A DNA stretch of 64,000 bases, from assembly GCF_006345805.1 (NCBI RefSeq), contig NC_043000.1, positions 143,158,001 through 143,222,000 of the forward strand, given 5' to 3'. Positions 1 through 12,406 of the stretch are shown one piece after another. Position 1 is the stretch's first letter. The number at the start of each line of letters is the position of its first letter. A model generated the notes under the pieces. It ran no database searches, was not told where the DNA came from, and was given only the letters and a program-made list of their open reading frames with translations. The translations under genes were made by a program, and so were the position numbers. This DNA is from Octopus sinensis (lineage: Eukaryota).

Positions 1-254
1 ACTGTGCCAAAGGAGACAGTGGAGCTTGGCACTGTCTTCTGACTTGCTAGCTCCTGAAAAATTATCCAACTCATGGTATAATAGAAAATAGACATTACAT
101 GTTTGTGTTGACAACTTATATATATATAACGGCGGTGCATCAGCATGGCCGCAGCTCTGAGCTGAAACTAGAAAAAAAAAAAATGTGTGTGTGTGTGTGC
201 ATATATGTGTGCATATATATGCGTGCATGTACATACATATATATATATATAATC

Positions 255-465
255 AGAAGGCTGCACCAGACTCCAATCTGATCTAGCAAGGTTTCTACAG
301 CTGGATTCCATTCCTAACATCAACCACTCTGAAGGTGTAGTGGGTGCTTTAACGTGCCACCAGCACGTGGTCCAGTCAAGCAGTACTGGCATTGACAATG
401 CTCAAATGGTGCTTTTTATGTGCCACCTGCACAGGAGCCAGTCAGACTGCATTGGCAATGATCAC
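255..465 (-). mobile_element. Repeat R, partial
   Basis: GGCTGCACCAGACTCCAATCTGATCT...GTGCTTTAACGTGCCACC. Confidence 0.7.
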
Positions 466-490
466 TGTATATATATGTATATATATATAT

Positions 491-648
491 AGGGAGAGTT
501 TACGAAAAAAATAAAAGACGAAGACAGGTGGTATACAAAACAAACAGATGTATTAGTATAACGCTCAGGAATAGAAAATGTCTTTTACGTTTCAAGCCTA
601 TGCTCTTCTACAGAAAGGTACACAGAAGAAACAAGGAGAGAAAAAAAA
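491..648 (-). mobile_element. Short hammerhead-bearing repeat P1 (probable Penelope-like element terminal repeat remnant)
   Basis: Homologous to 22322-22492 and 61069-61210; flanked by TA/TG microsatellites; carries the minimal hammerhead. Confidence 0.65.
581..618 (-). ncRNA. Minimal hammerhead motif, core CUGUAGA (family P1)
   Basis: Minus strand reads CCTTT CTGTAGA A GAGC ATAG GCTT GAAAC GTA AAAGA. Confidence 0.65.
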
Positions 649-669
649 TGTGTGTAGTGGCTAATGATC

Positions 670-719
<50 letters not shown>

Positions 720-892
720 AATATAATATTTCTAAGCAAACCAGAAATATATCATTATGATATGTTATTATACAGTTATCATTATGCTACAAGTCTTCTA
801 TAGTAGCTTTCTCTCTGTAACTTACAAAGCCTTTCTGGTTTGTTTGCTAATATTAAAAGTAGTATTAGACAGTTTAAGTATATATTCATTAA

Positions 893-944
893 ATTTGGCT
901 GAAACTAATAGGTGAGTATTTGGCTGAAACTAATAGGTGAGTAT
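893..944 (+). repeat. 25-bp tandem duplication containing AG|GTGAGT
   Basis: ATTTGGCTGAAACTAATAGGTGAGT x2. Confidence 0.95.
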
Positions 945-1204
945 GGGCAAGGAGCTATGTTAGCATTGATTTGTAGGTTCGATTCTGGCTAGGGTTAGCT
1001 CAACCATTTTGTAGTCATTTGTTTGTACTTAAAAACTGTTGCTTCAGATCAGAGAATACACATTATTATGATATATTATTGTACAGTTACATACATATAT
1101 ATATATATATATATATAATATATATATATATTATATAATATATATATATATATATATTTTTTTTTGTCACAAGGTTTTTGTCCTTGTGTAGCTCATCCTG
1201 TAAT

Positions 1205-1285
1205 TGTTTTTCGTTTTCTTGTTTTTCGTTTTCTTGTTTTTCGTTTTCCGTTTTCTTGTTTTTTGTTTTTTGTTTTTTCCGTTTC
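1205..1285 (+). repeat. T-rich 15-bp minisatellite
   Basis: (TTTTTCGTTTTCTTG)n, imperfect. Confidence 0.8.
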
Positions 1286-1425
1286 TACGTCTTATTGTGA
1301 TGTCCTGTACTCCTGTATAATTATTTATATATGCATGTATATATACATGTAGATGTAGGTACGTACATATATGTTTGTATGTATGCATATTTTTATTTAT
1401 CTCCTATATATATATATATATAATA

Positions 1426-1457
<32 letters not shown>

Positions 1458-1495
1458 TATACATATATATATGTATATATATATATATGTATATT

Positions 1496-1540
<45 letters not shown>

Positions 1541-1544
1541 ATCC

Positions 1545-1750
1545 AAACAAGAAAGCACAAAAAAACACAACAACGCAAGGACGTGGAACAAATATAGTAT
1601 TATTGGACGCTCAGGAGAGAAGGAAAGAAGGAGGGTTTAACACTTCGCGCGGAGCTCTTCATCGGAAACATAGGAGAAGGAAAGATCCAGAGAAGGGAAG
1701 ACAGAGGAAAAAAAATCGCCAACGGTACACACAAGGTCACATTTTGAAAG
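1545..1750 (-). mobile_element. Short repeat P2 with decayed hammerhead (core CCGAUGA, 1635-1669)
   Basis: Homologous to 35203-35410; shares the GTATT...GCGCTCAGGA/GACGCTCAGGA block with P1. Confidence 0.55.
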
Positions 1751-2630
1751 ACATAAATATATTTATATATATAATATATATATATATGTATGTATGTAAT
1801 TGTACAATAATGTATCATAAAATATGTATTCTCCAATTTGAAGCAATAATTTTTAAATATATATATATAGCTCTCTCTCTATACACACACATATATAGAT
1901 ATATATATATATACATACAGAAATACGCAAATATAGACACAGACACACACATGTGTGTGAATCACCAATAATAGATTCAATGCAGCTTCTGCTTGCACAT
2001 GATGATAATTAGTGTCTTGGAGCAGCTTATTATCAATGGTGTTAATAGTTATAATAATGGCAGGCGGCACATGTAAGGATTGATTTATCATTATCAACCC
2101 ATGCATCACATTCACCTGTCAAGAATCAGAAATTATATTAACCCACTGCCAGTTTTTATTAATATGGTGAAATTAATTTATTTCAGTTTCATTATTGTTT
2201 TAATCAATTTAAAACACAAATCTGCAACTTTTGGAGGAATTTAAAGCATTCTAATTTAGATGCAGGCATACACACACATACAGACACATACACACACATA
2301 AGAGCATACAAGTATGTATGCAAGCACACATGCAAACAAATATGCACACACACACACACACACACAAGCACACATTATATATGTGTGATGATATACATGT
2401 GCGTATGTGTGTATATGTGTTGTGTACGTGTGTGTTTATATGTATATGTATGTGTGTGTAGGTATAGGCATACAAATATATATGGCTGCTTGGTTAAGAG
2501 TCTCGTTTTGCAACTGTGTAGATTTGGTGTCATTCCTACAACATGCCAAATTTTGTCTTCTGTTATCATTTCTAAATGAATTTGATAAGTGGAAACTGTT
2601 AGGAAGCCTGCTTCATATGCATATATATAT

Positions 2631-3031
2631 ACTCTTTTACTTGTTTCAGTCATGTGACTGTGGTCATGCTGGAGCACCACCTTTAGTCGAACAAATTGAC
2701 TCCAGGACTTATTCTTTGTAAGCTTAGTACTTATTCTATCAGTTACTTTTGCCAAACTGCTAAGTTATAGGGACGTAAACACACCAGCAATGGGGGGGGA
2801 GGGACAAACAGAGGCACACAAACATATACACACACATACGTATATATATATATATATATACATATATACGATGGGCTTCTTTCAGTTTCTCTCTACCAAA
2901 ACCACTCACATGGCTTTGGTCGGCCCAAGGCCATAGTAGGAGACACTTGCGCAAGATGCCATGCAGTGGGACTGAACCTGGAACCATGTGGTTGGTAAGC
3001 AAGCTACTTACCACACAGCCACTCTTATGCC
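2631..3031 (-). mobile_element. tRNA-headed SINE family A (~430 bp, internal TA/TG tract), full copy
   Basis: Head with box A TGGCTGTGTGG and box B GGTTCAGTCCC; tail TGACTGAAACAAGTAAAAGAG; collinear with 30815-31244. Confidence 0.9.
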
Positions 3032-3539
3032 TATGTATATATATATATGTAAAACCTTTGTTTTTGTATTGGTCACCCTGCTAGTTGGCAATCAGTGTTA
3101 GTTTGTTTAAATTCCTCATAACATAGAAGTTCACCAAAGGAAACTGATAGAAGAAGAACTAGATCTGCTTGTACATATTGTTATTGATTTATTCAACTAA
3201 AACTCCTCAAGGTTGTGTCACAGCACGGTCATTGTCTAATGACTGTAACAAGCAAAAAAGAAAAGAAAAATATATATACACAGACATCATTATCCTAATG
3301 ATTACAGAGATCCGTTTTTTTCCATACTTTGTGAAACTTGTGACGTAGCTAAGTTTTTTTTTTTTAATACTTCAATTGCAGGTCTTGTTTTCTTGTCTGG
3401 AACTTTTTTGTTTAATTTTCTAATATTCAGCTATAAGTATTAAATCATCAATCAGTCTAAAACTCTTCAGTTCTGACTGAAATCAATATGAAGTGGTTGA
3501 GAAATAAACCTTGATGGACCTCACATGTATTTAGATTCC

Positions 3540-3835
3540 CCACCGGACTCATTGCTTACACGTGCATCATGATTGCTCCTCTGTACATGGCTTGAACAGC
3601 TCTCACAAATCAGTTATCAACTGCTACTTTTCTAAATGACTACTAGATCAAAGAGTGAGAGACTTGTCAAAAGCCTTTTCCAGTTTGATGGTATCTAGCC
3701 TTACTCCAAGTTAAGTACTTCGTTTGAAGTTGTCTCACAGGAGTACAGCATCAATAATACATCTTCCTAGCACTAAGCCAAACAACATATCATCTAGACT
3801 AAACATTTTTCTTATCAACTTTTGCATTAGCTTTC
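3540..3835 (-). mobile_element. Degraded RTE-clade RT fragment
   Basis: Minus translation ..LFGLVLGRCIIDAVLL..KLEKAFDK.. matches the RTE pattern QFGF.PGRST.DAIF..DLEKAFD; contains stops. Confidence 0.6.
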
Positions 3836-4570
3836 ATAATGTAGTAAAATAGTTTGTTGCATATGTATAATCCACTCTTCTACTGTATCAATTTGGTTAT
3901 TATGGCAATTTATGATCATACTGCTATGTTGGTCACTGTGTATGACATTCTTTGTATAATGTGATTAAATATTCAAGTTATTAGCCTGTACTCTGCTATG
4001 ATATATATTTGAAGAATCTCCAAAACAACTATTTTCATAGGCTTTTTTTTATCTGTAATCAGGTAATTTACCATATTGCTATCAACTTGGATGGCTGGTA
4101 CCCTCGATTATTCTACTTGGGGATGACATTTTACCATTTCATGCATTCTCCTAATCAACAAATTCGGATGTGTTTGTGTATTATATATATGCACAAACAT
4201 GCAGACAAGCTCACAAGTACACATTTATATATATTCATATATAATAATAATAATAATATAATAATAATAATAATTAAATTAATAATAATAATATAATAAT
4301 AATAATAATAATAGGGAGTATAACTCCAAACTTACAGGGAAAACTTCAATTTAGTATTAATCAAATTTCACAATTGTTTTTCGATTAAATTTAAATTTAA
4401 TTGTAATTCAATTTAAATTATAGCCATGAAATCTACGTAGTCTTTTTACTTATTCATTTTTGTGATCTAGTTGTATGTTTTAAAATATATTTTATTTTTA
4501 TTTATGATTTGGTTTATGTCTATCATTGTCTGAATTGCACAATAGTGGTTTTTCTCTAATTTACATTAAT

Positions 4571-4637
<67 letters not shown>

Positions 4638-4899
4638 GATAGTAGATCTTGGCACAGTCCTCTGGCTTTGACAGCTCCTGTCCAAATTTCTGACCCATGG
4701 CAGCATGGAAAGCAGATGTTAAAGAATATATATACATATAAATATTTTAATATTTCACTTTGGCATAGCGAGACCAATAACCTTGTGTGAAACTCAATAT
4801 ACATATGGTCCAGAACACAATGTTATATGAGTATACCATAGAAAACAAAAACAAAGAGATTACACTGGAAAAACCAAATGTTATATAATGAATTTCATT

Positions 4900-4980
4900 A
4901 GCTTACAGCTGTTTCCTCTATAAGATGTGTTGGACTCTTAGTCAAGTATCAGGATAATACCTTAAAGCTTCATCAGAGCC
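4900..4980 (-). ncRNA. Type I hammerhead with canonical core and long helix II (family P3)
   Basis: Minus strand reads GGCT CTGATGA [long, imperfect helix II] GAAAC AGCT GTA AGCT; palindromic helix III ACAGCTGT; GUA triplet. Confidence 0.7.
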
Positions 4981-5087
4981 TTTAATATGAAGTGCATTTT
5001 ATTTGGGAAAGTCACATTTTCAGAGCATGCTAGCCTTATCAGTGAGAAAGTTTATGTTGTTGGTTATATGTATATGTTTGTGTATAT

Positions 5088-5228
5088 ATATGACTATATA
5101 AATATATATATATATACATATATATATATTTGTGTATATATATGCATATATATAATATATATATATATATAGATATATATATATATGTGTATAATATGCA
5201 TATATATATATATATTTGTGTATATATA

Positions 5229-5265
<37 letters not shown>

Positions 5266-5410
5266 CATATATACATGCATATATATATATGCATATGTAT
5301 ATACATATTTATACCTATATAGATATAGCTATAAATATAGCTATATATATAAAGTAGAATATATTTTAGTGTATACATACACACATACATACTTAGATTC
5401 ATATATATTA
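5088..5410. repeat. Compound TA/TACA microsatellite; similar blocks at 1085-1160, 1400-1536, 10230-10430, 16140-16540, 34138-34431, 37220-38090, 45684-45937, 60360-60480, 61230-61340
   Basis: Low-complexity TA-rich runs. Confidence 0.95.
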
Positions 5411-5761
5411 GCCACAACAATAGCAATAACGAATTATAGAGAACAATAACAATTAAGTCATGCGTCAGCACACTCATTAGACTGTAAAATTCCATAAAAC
5501 ACCCACAAACAGTTTGTATGTATCAATTATTTTTGTTTCGCTTTTTTTTTTACACAGAACACAATGGATTTTATTTTTTCCTTATTGGGGTTGTGGTTAC
5601 TGTTTCATAAAGAGCTTCGGCTTCTTTAATGAGTAAAAACAATGCTACAACAGAGCATTGAATCTGATTACATAGAATTATAGAAAGTAGGAGTATATGT
5701 GCTAAGTGTACCATATATGCCTACTTCACGCCCAGCTGCACATAACGTCCATTTAATCACT

Positions 5762-5792
<31 letters not shown>

Positions 5793-5856
5793 GTCTATAA
5801 ATGAACATACATCTTTATATGTAAGCACATGTATTCATATCTTTAATTGATTAGTT

Positions 5857-5933
<77 letters not shown>

Positions 5934-6369
5934 TATGGACACAAATTGCTTGTAAAGTGCTCATTCATACTGATAATTGTTACAGTAGTGAATGGATACT
6001 TACATGCCAATGTGTGGCACAGGAAATCATGTATTTCAGGTTCTTTTTTTTCCCTATTCACCTCATACATTAGACACTTATAGATCTGAATATCAATCTA
6101 TGAATGCATCAATGTGCTTCTGTCACGATATATATATATATACATATATATACGTGTTTGTATAGATGCATGAAAACATTTACCAATATATTTGTTTGCG
6201 TACATGTTATATTTTTAAACATGTTTGTATGTGTATGTATATACATGTATATATATCTATATCTATCTATCAATCTATCTATCTGTCTATCTATGTATCT
6301 ATTATCTATTATTATCTCTCTCTCTCTCTCTATATAATATTATATATATATCTGTATAATATATATATA

Positions 6370-6412
<43 letters not shown>

Positions 6413-6415
<3 letters not shown>

Positions 6416-6736
6416 TCATCATCATCATCGTTTAACGTCTGTTTTCCGCGCTAGCACGGGTTGGACGGTTCGACCGGGTTCTGGGAAGCCAGGGGCTGCA
6501 CCAGGCTCCAGTCTGATCTGGCAGTGTTTCTACAGCTGGATGCCCTTCCTAACGCCAACCACTCCGCGAATGTAGTGAGTGCTTTTTACGTGCCACCTGC
6601 ACAGGTGCCGGGGGGGGGGTCTGGCATCGGCCACGATCGGTTGGTGCTTTTAATGTGCCACTGGCACGTAAGCCAGCCAAGGCGGCGCTGGCATCGGCAA
6701 CGTTCGGATGGTGCTTTTTATGTGCCACCGGCACAG
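6413..6736 (-). mobile_element. Short repeat R with RTE-like 3' tail ending (GAT)n and internal GTGCTTTTAYGTGCCAC repeats
   Basis: GGATGCCCTTCCTAACGCCAACC motif; ATCATCATCGTTTAACGTC terminus; related copies at 255-465, 35797-36020 and stub 4636-4722. Confidence 0.75.
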
Positions 6737-7189
6737 AAGACAGTCATATGTATAACTATATCACTCGATCAACCAGACTATCAGATGTTCCTATATACTG
6801 TTGGTCATGATGTGCTTCTAATTCCTTCTTGATTGTGCTTTCCTTTTCCATCTTGGCACTGAATGTGTGTGTGTGTGGGGGGGTATGTATGTGTGTGCAT
6901 TTGCGTGTGTCTTTGTGCATGTGTGTGAATATGTGTGTGTATATAAGAAATCTGCATATATTATAGTATATATATGTCTTTGGATAGGAATGACAAAAAG
7001 AGCATAAACCTTTCTAACCTTTTCGAGCACAGTAAAGAGACCAAAAAGTAACTATAATCATATATATGTATGTTTTATACGTACATATAATACACTTTGC
7101 ACACATGCATGCATACACACACACACACACACTCACTCTCTCTCAAACACACATGTATGAGCACACACAGACACATGCATACACACACA

Positions 7190-7915
7190 GAAGCATGGGT
7201 ATGGTGTTAAGAAACTTGCCTTGAACCAAGTGGTTTTTGGGTTCAGTCCCACTGTATGGAACCTCAAGCAAGTGTCTTCTTACAAAAGCTTCAAGCCAAC
7301 CAATGCCTACTGAATGAATTTGGGAAACAGAAACTGTGTCGAAGTACTCTTTACTCTTTTACTTGTTTCAGTCATTTGACTGTGGCCATGGTGGAGCACC
7401 ACCTTTAGTCGACCAAATCGACCCCAGGACTTATTCTTTGTAAGCCTAGTACTTATTCTATCGGCCTTTTTTGCTGAACTGCTAAGTTACGGGGACGTAA
7501 ACACACCAGCATCGGTTGTCAAGCAATGTTGGGGGGACAAACACTGTCACATAAACACACACACATATACATATATACATATATACGACGGGCTTCTTTC
7601 AGTTTCCATCTACCAAATCCACTCACAAGGCTTTGGTTAGCCTGTGGCTATAGTAGAAGACACTTGCCCAATGTGCCACATCATATATGAATTTGTTTGT
7701 GTGTGTGTTTGTGTTTATTCATCACCGCTACCACCACTAGACAAACAGTGCTAGTTTGTTTACATCCCTATATCTTGGCAGCTTGGCAAATGAGACTGAT
7801 AGAATAAGTACTAAACTGTAAATAAAATCAATACTAGAGGCAATTTTTCAGCTGCGCACCCCACTTGAAAGTAAGGCCCCACATGGTTGCAGTGCAATGA
7901 CTAAAAAATTAGTAA
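7190..7915 (+). mobile_element. Old SINE A copy (7190-7342 and 7690-7915) interrupted by an inverted SINE A (7346-7680, minus)
   Basis: The 5' and 3' halves of a degenerate plus copy flank a younger minus copy. Confidence 0.7.
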
Positions 7916-8386
7916 ACAATAAATGATAAAATGTATGAACATATTTATATAAGTGTGTAAAGTACTTAAATAACTAGTTTTGATACAAAACTAACTATGC
8001 ATAACAACTACAAATATCTATATACACGAGACTATACCCTATTCTCCTTTATGTATAAGCTATAATATAAAAGAACATTATGATGAACCAATCAGGAACC
8101 AGTTTTTCCACCTCTGTCAACTTCACTGAGAGCCAAAATATTCAATTCCCCATACATAACATATATACATACATAGTTACACACACACATTTTGGCCTAG
8201 TTGGAAAAGAAGAGTACGATCAAGAAAGAATTGGAAGCACATTACGACCAGCAGTATATAGTGACATCTGATAGGCTATCGATAGAGTGATATACATAAA
8301 TATATAAGCATATATATATATAAATGAATTTAAAAACTGTTGACATATGTATTTATTTATGTGTATATGTGTATATTTATAAATAT

Positions 8387-8447
<61 letters not shown>

Positions 8448-8452
<5 letters not shown>

Positions 8453-8678
8453 CTTTACTACCCACAAGGGGCTAAACACAGAGAGGACAAACAAGGACAG
8501 ACAAACGGATTAAGTCGATTACATCGACCCCAGTGCGCAACTGGTACTTAATTTATCGACCCCGAAAGGATGAAAGGCAAAGTCGACCTTGGCGGAATTT
8601 GAACTCAGAACGTAACGGCAGACGAAATACGGCCACGCATTTCGCCCGGCGTGCTAACGTTTCTGCCAGCTCGCCGCC
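8448..8678 (-). mobile_element. tRNA-headed SINE family B (~230 bp)
   Basis: Box A TGGCAGAAACG, box B GAGTTCAAATTCC, tail AAAGAAATA. Confidence 0.92.
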
Positions 8679-8682
8679 GTCA

Positions 8683-8985
8683 TTTTTTCGTTAAGTTTCT
8701 GTGTGTGTGTGTATATGTGGCTGTGTGACTGTGTGTGTCTGTGTCTGTGTGGTTTTTGTGCAATATATCCATGCATTCTTTATTAAATATGCTTGCATAG
8801 CAAAAAGAATCTGAAACCAAGTATAATGTTACACCTTGATTGCACTGATGATGAAAAGGACGGTTTTGACGTCAGACCATAACTATAATTTCTTTACTCG
8901 TGTATATATGTGCGTATGTGTGTATAATCTACACACACTCACACATATGCCCTTCTCTTCTCATTTTATAGCTAACTAGATGGCT
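8683..8985 (+). repeat. ~300-bp direct duplication, copy 1
   Basis: Near-identical to 11358-11660. Confidence 0.9.
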
Positions 8986-9017
8986 AACAGATGACTTGGA
9001 GAGATATATATATATAG

Positions 9018-9340
9018 GAGGAGATCCCCTTCAGTCATGAATGACCATGGGATTGTACCTAGAAAGTTACCTTCCGAGGCACAAGTCATGGCAAGATTGT
9101 TTGTGGAAGGCTAGCAGTCACCCATGCATACCAGCTTCCCCTCACCATGCCACCAATGTTATCCAAGGGAAAGGCAAAGGCCGATACAGCTTGGCACCAG
9201 TGATGTTGCAACTCATTTCTACAGTTGAGTTAACTGGAGCGACGGGAAATAAAGTGTCTTGCTCATGAACACAACCCACAGCCTGGCCCGGGAATCGAAC
9301 TCACAACCTCACGATCGTAAGGTCTAACCACTGAGCCATG
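9018..9340 (-). mobile_element. tRNA-headed SINE family C
   Basis: Head TGGCTCAGTGG...GAGTTCGATTCCC; core GTGTTCATGAGCAAGACACTTTATTTC. Confidence 0.8.
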
Positions 9341-9349
9341 TAGTTTCAA

Positions 9350-9398
<49 letters not shown>

Positions 9399-9414
9399 TC
9401 AACCTCCACTTGTT

Positions 9415-9856
9415 CATCAAGGTCCTCCAGGCAACAATAGAAGTTAGGTTGCCCTTGGGAGCTTCTCTACGCTGATGATCTTGTTGTTATAACTGAAACA
9501 CTACCAAAACTAGAGAAAAGATTTCAGGTGTGGAAAGGGCCCTTAGATTAATTAAGCAAAAACACAAAGTTTTAGGAGGAAAACAGACAAATCCAAATCC
9601 TTTCAGGTATATAGCCCTGCTATATATGTAGATAAGGTGTAGGTAGAAACTTCATAAGATGTACTCAGTGCAAGCTATGAGCACATAAGAAGGGCAGCAA
9701 TATCAAAGTAAGGTTTACAGGGAAGATAGTCGTTGTGGGTGGCAGATGTACAGGTATAATAAACATTAGAAATGTACAGAATATAGACTCCATCAGAAGA
9801 CAGGGTGATACCTAGAAGTACTTGATAGCTTATGTTATTTAGCACATCAAGTCAGC
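9415..9856 (+). mobile_element. Degraded RTE-clade RT fragment with Cys-rich (PHD-like) insert
   Basis: WELLYADDLVV, then PCYICR*GVGRNFIRCTQCKL*AHKK, then LEVLDSLCYL. Confidence 0.7.
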
Positions 9857-10260
9857 ATTTGTGTATAGCTCACACACTCCTCTCCATACACATTCTGAAA
9901 CTTTGCACAGGCCTTTGAGCAGGTATTGCCATGACAACTTTCTCTCTCACGGTCAATGCAATGTTTACATGCTACCTGACACACCTTCCTTCCAAGCACT
10001 TCTGTAAACAGCAAAATAAGGTAAAATGTTAAAACTTAGTGTGCATGCACAGTTGAGTTCAAGGTCAGTCTTTACCAAGTGGTTTCACTCTGTGTGCTTT
10101 AGCTTCGTTACTATGGCAACAGCCCGGATACTTATTGATCAAACCTCATGAGGATTTAAGAAGTTAGTATATATATCTGTGTGCATGCATGTTCGTATGT
10201 ATATACGTATATAAATATATATGTATATCTATCTATCCATCTATCTATCTATCTATATGT

Positions 10261-10291
<31 letters not shown>

Positions 10292-10392
10292 CGTTTTTGG
10301 ATATATATACATACATACATGCATATATATATATATATATATATATATACATGCATACATACATACATAACATACATACATACATACATACA

Positions 10393-10428
<36 letters not shown>

Positions 10429-11357
10429 TATAATCTGTAATTAGATTCATGTGTTAATTGTTGATTTACCATTAATTTTTGCATGTATTTTTTGGGAAAT
10501 GTTTCATTATTTTGGCAGAATTAAGCACAAAATCTGTTTGTGATCAATAAAGTGAAAACAAAGAAACAAACAAAAAAAAAAACACTTTTTTCATGAAGTT
10601 TACATTCTCGTTTACTGATTTGTCTTTTCTTGTTTTACTAAGGTTTTAACCTGAGTTTTAATTAGTGGTATAGTCACTGAAGTCTCTCTTAAGCTCTTTA
10701 TCCTTTGTTTTTACCTAATATGCATTAATCTAATTTATTCAAATTATGTATGTATATATTTAATATAAAACAAACAAAACCCAATTGCTAATCTTTCTTT
10801 TAATTATTGTGAGTTCGGCATTAAGAAGGTTATCATGCTATTAACTAAAATATTACAGGGTTCAGTCATTCATATGCAAGCATCAATGTTTAAAAAAATC
10901 CTTATTGATCATACTGGTTTAAAGACATAGTTTGAAGAATGAAAAGAAAAGTGATTGTGATTCATTGTCTGAATTTGATGATTCATCAAACTATCCAATC
11001 TAAGGATTTCTTTAAAGGGAAAGAACAAAACAAAAATGCAGGCCCTAAATATGGAACAGTTTGCAAGACCACATTCCTTAGTGAACCTTTTATATTCAAC
11101 ATCAAAGAACAAAATAAGATTTTCTACTGCTTTTCATGAATGCATTCATAATTCTCTTGTCATATTTCTGATGTCTTCCTTTTCACATTTTTTTTTCCCT
11201 GAAATTTACCTTTTAATTTGCATTTCCATTATATTGTTTTTCTTTCATTTTTATTTAAATTTATTATTTATTGTTTTCTGTGCTTCTTGTCATAGACTGA
11301 TGTCCCCAGAAGTTAAGAGTCAATCTTCTCAACTAATTCATGAATATTTAAAATTTC

Positions 11358-11660
11358 TTTTTTCATTAAGTTTCTCTGTGTGTGTGTGTGTGTATATGTG
11401 GCTGTGTGACTGTGTGTGTCTGTGTGGTTTTTGTGCAATATATCCATGCATTCTTTATCAAATATGCCTGCATAGCAAAAAGAATCTGAAACCAAATATA
11501 ATGTTACACCTTGATTGCACTGATGATGAAAAGGACGGTTTTGACGTCAGACCATAACTATAATTTCTTTACTCATGTATATATGTGCGTATGTGTGTAT
11601 AATCTACACACACTCACACATATGCCCTTCTCCTCTCATTTTATGGCTAACTAGATGGCT
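11358..11660 (+). repeat. ~300-bp direct duplication, copy 2
   Basis: Near-identical to 8683-8985. Confidence 0.9.
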
Positions 11661-11990
11661 TAGAGAGATATCTATACACTTCACTTATATTGAGGTGGCT
11701 TCATTGAAACTACCTCTTGTGATACCAACCCTGATGTTTAGTCTCAGCATTTACTAAGTTTATCCCACCCATTAGATTCTCCATGTATATATGACTGTAC
11801 TTTTTACTGAATACTCTAAATATATTATCTGAACTAATTAATAGAAACAAGAATTGCTAGTGAAAACTTCTTTGAGCTCATGATGCCTTTGTCAAATACT
11901 TCATGATGTCTATGTCACATGCATTTGCTAAATAACCAGTACTAGTGTATCTGTGCTGAGAAAATAGTGAATTGATATATTATAAATTCA

Positions 11991-12145
11991 TAGGCTGTGT
12001 GGTTTAGAAGCTTATTTGTGAAGCACATGGTTTTGGTTTCAATCCTACTTCATGGCACCTTGGATAAGTGTTTTCTAATATATCTCCTGGAGGACAAAAA
12101 ACTTATGAGTGAATTTAATTGATGGAAACTGAAAGAATCCCATTG
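11991..12145 (+). mobile_element. SINE A, degenerate 5' half
   Basis: GGCTGTGTGGTTTAG...GGCACCTTGGATAAGTG...GGAAACTGAAAGAA. Confidence 0.65.
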
Positions 12146-12406
12146 TGTGTATGTATGTGTATATACATAGGTATGTTTGTAACAAATCATAGATGTACGT
12201 CAGATGACCAATGTAATATATTTTATTGTAAACACAAAACTGTGAACTCAAAAATCTTATGAGTGAATTTAATTGATGGAAACTGAAAGAATCCCATTGT
12301 GTGTATGTATGTGTATATACATATGTATGTTTGTAACAAACCATAGATTTACGTCAGATGACCAATGTAATATATTTTATTGTAAACACAAAGCTGTGAA
12401 CTCAAA
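12102..12406 (+). repeat. 154-bp tandem duplication
   Basis: CTTATGAGTGAATTT starts at 12102 and again at 12256. Confidence 0.92.

Noticed and set aside
5558-5635. Exon after the strong acceptor at 5557
   Set aside because: All three frames close within about 80 nt and only a weak donor is available.
8600-8678. tRNA genes at SINE heads
   Set aside because: Box A and B are present, but there is no complete cloverleaf and each continues into a SINE body and tail.
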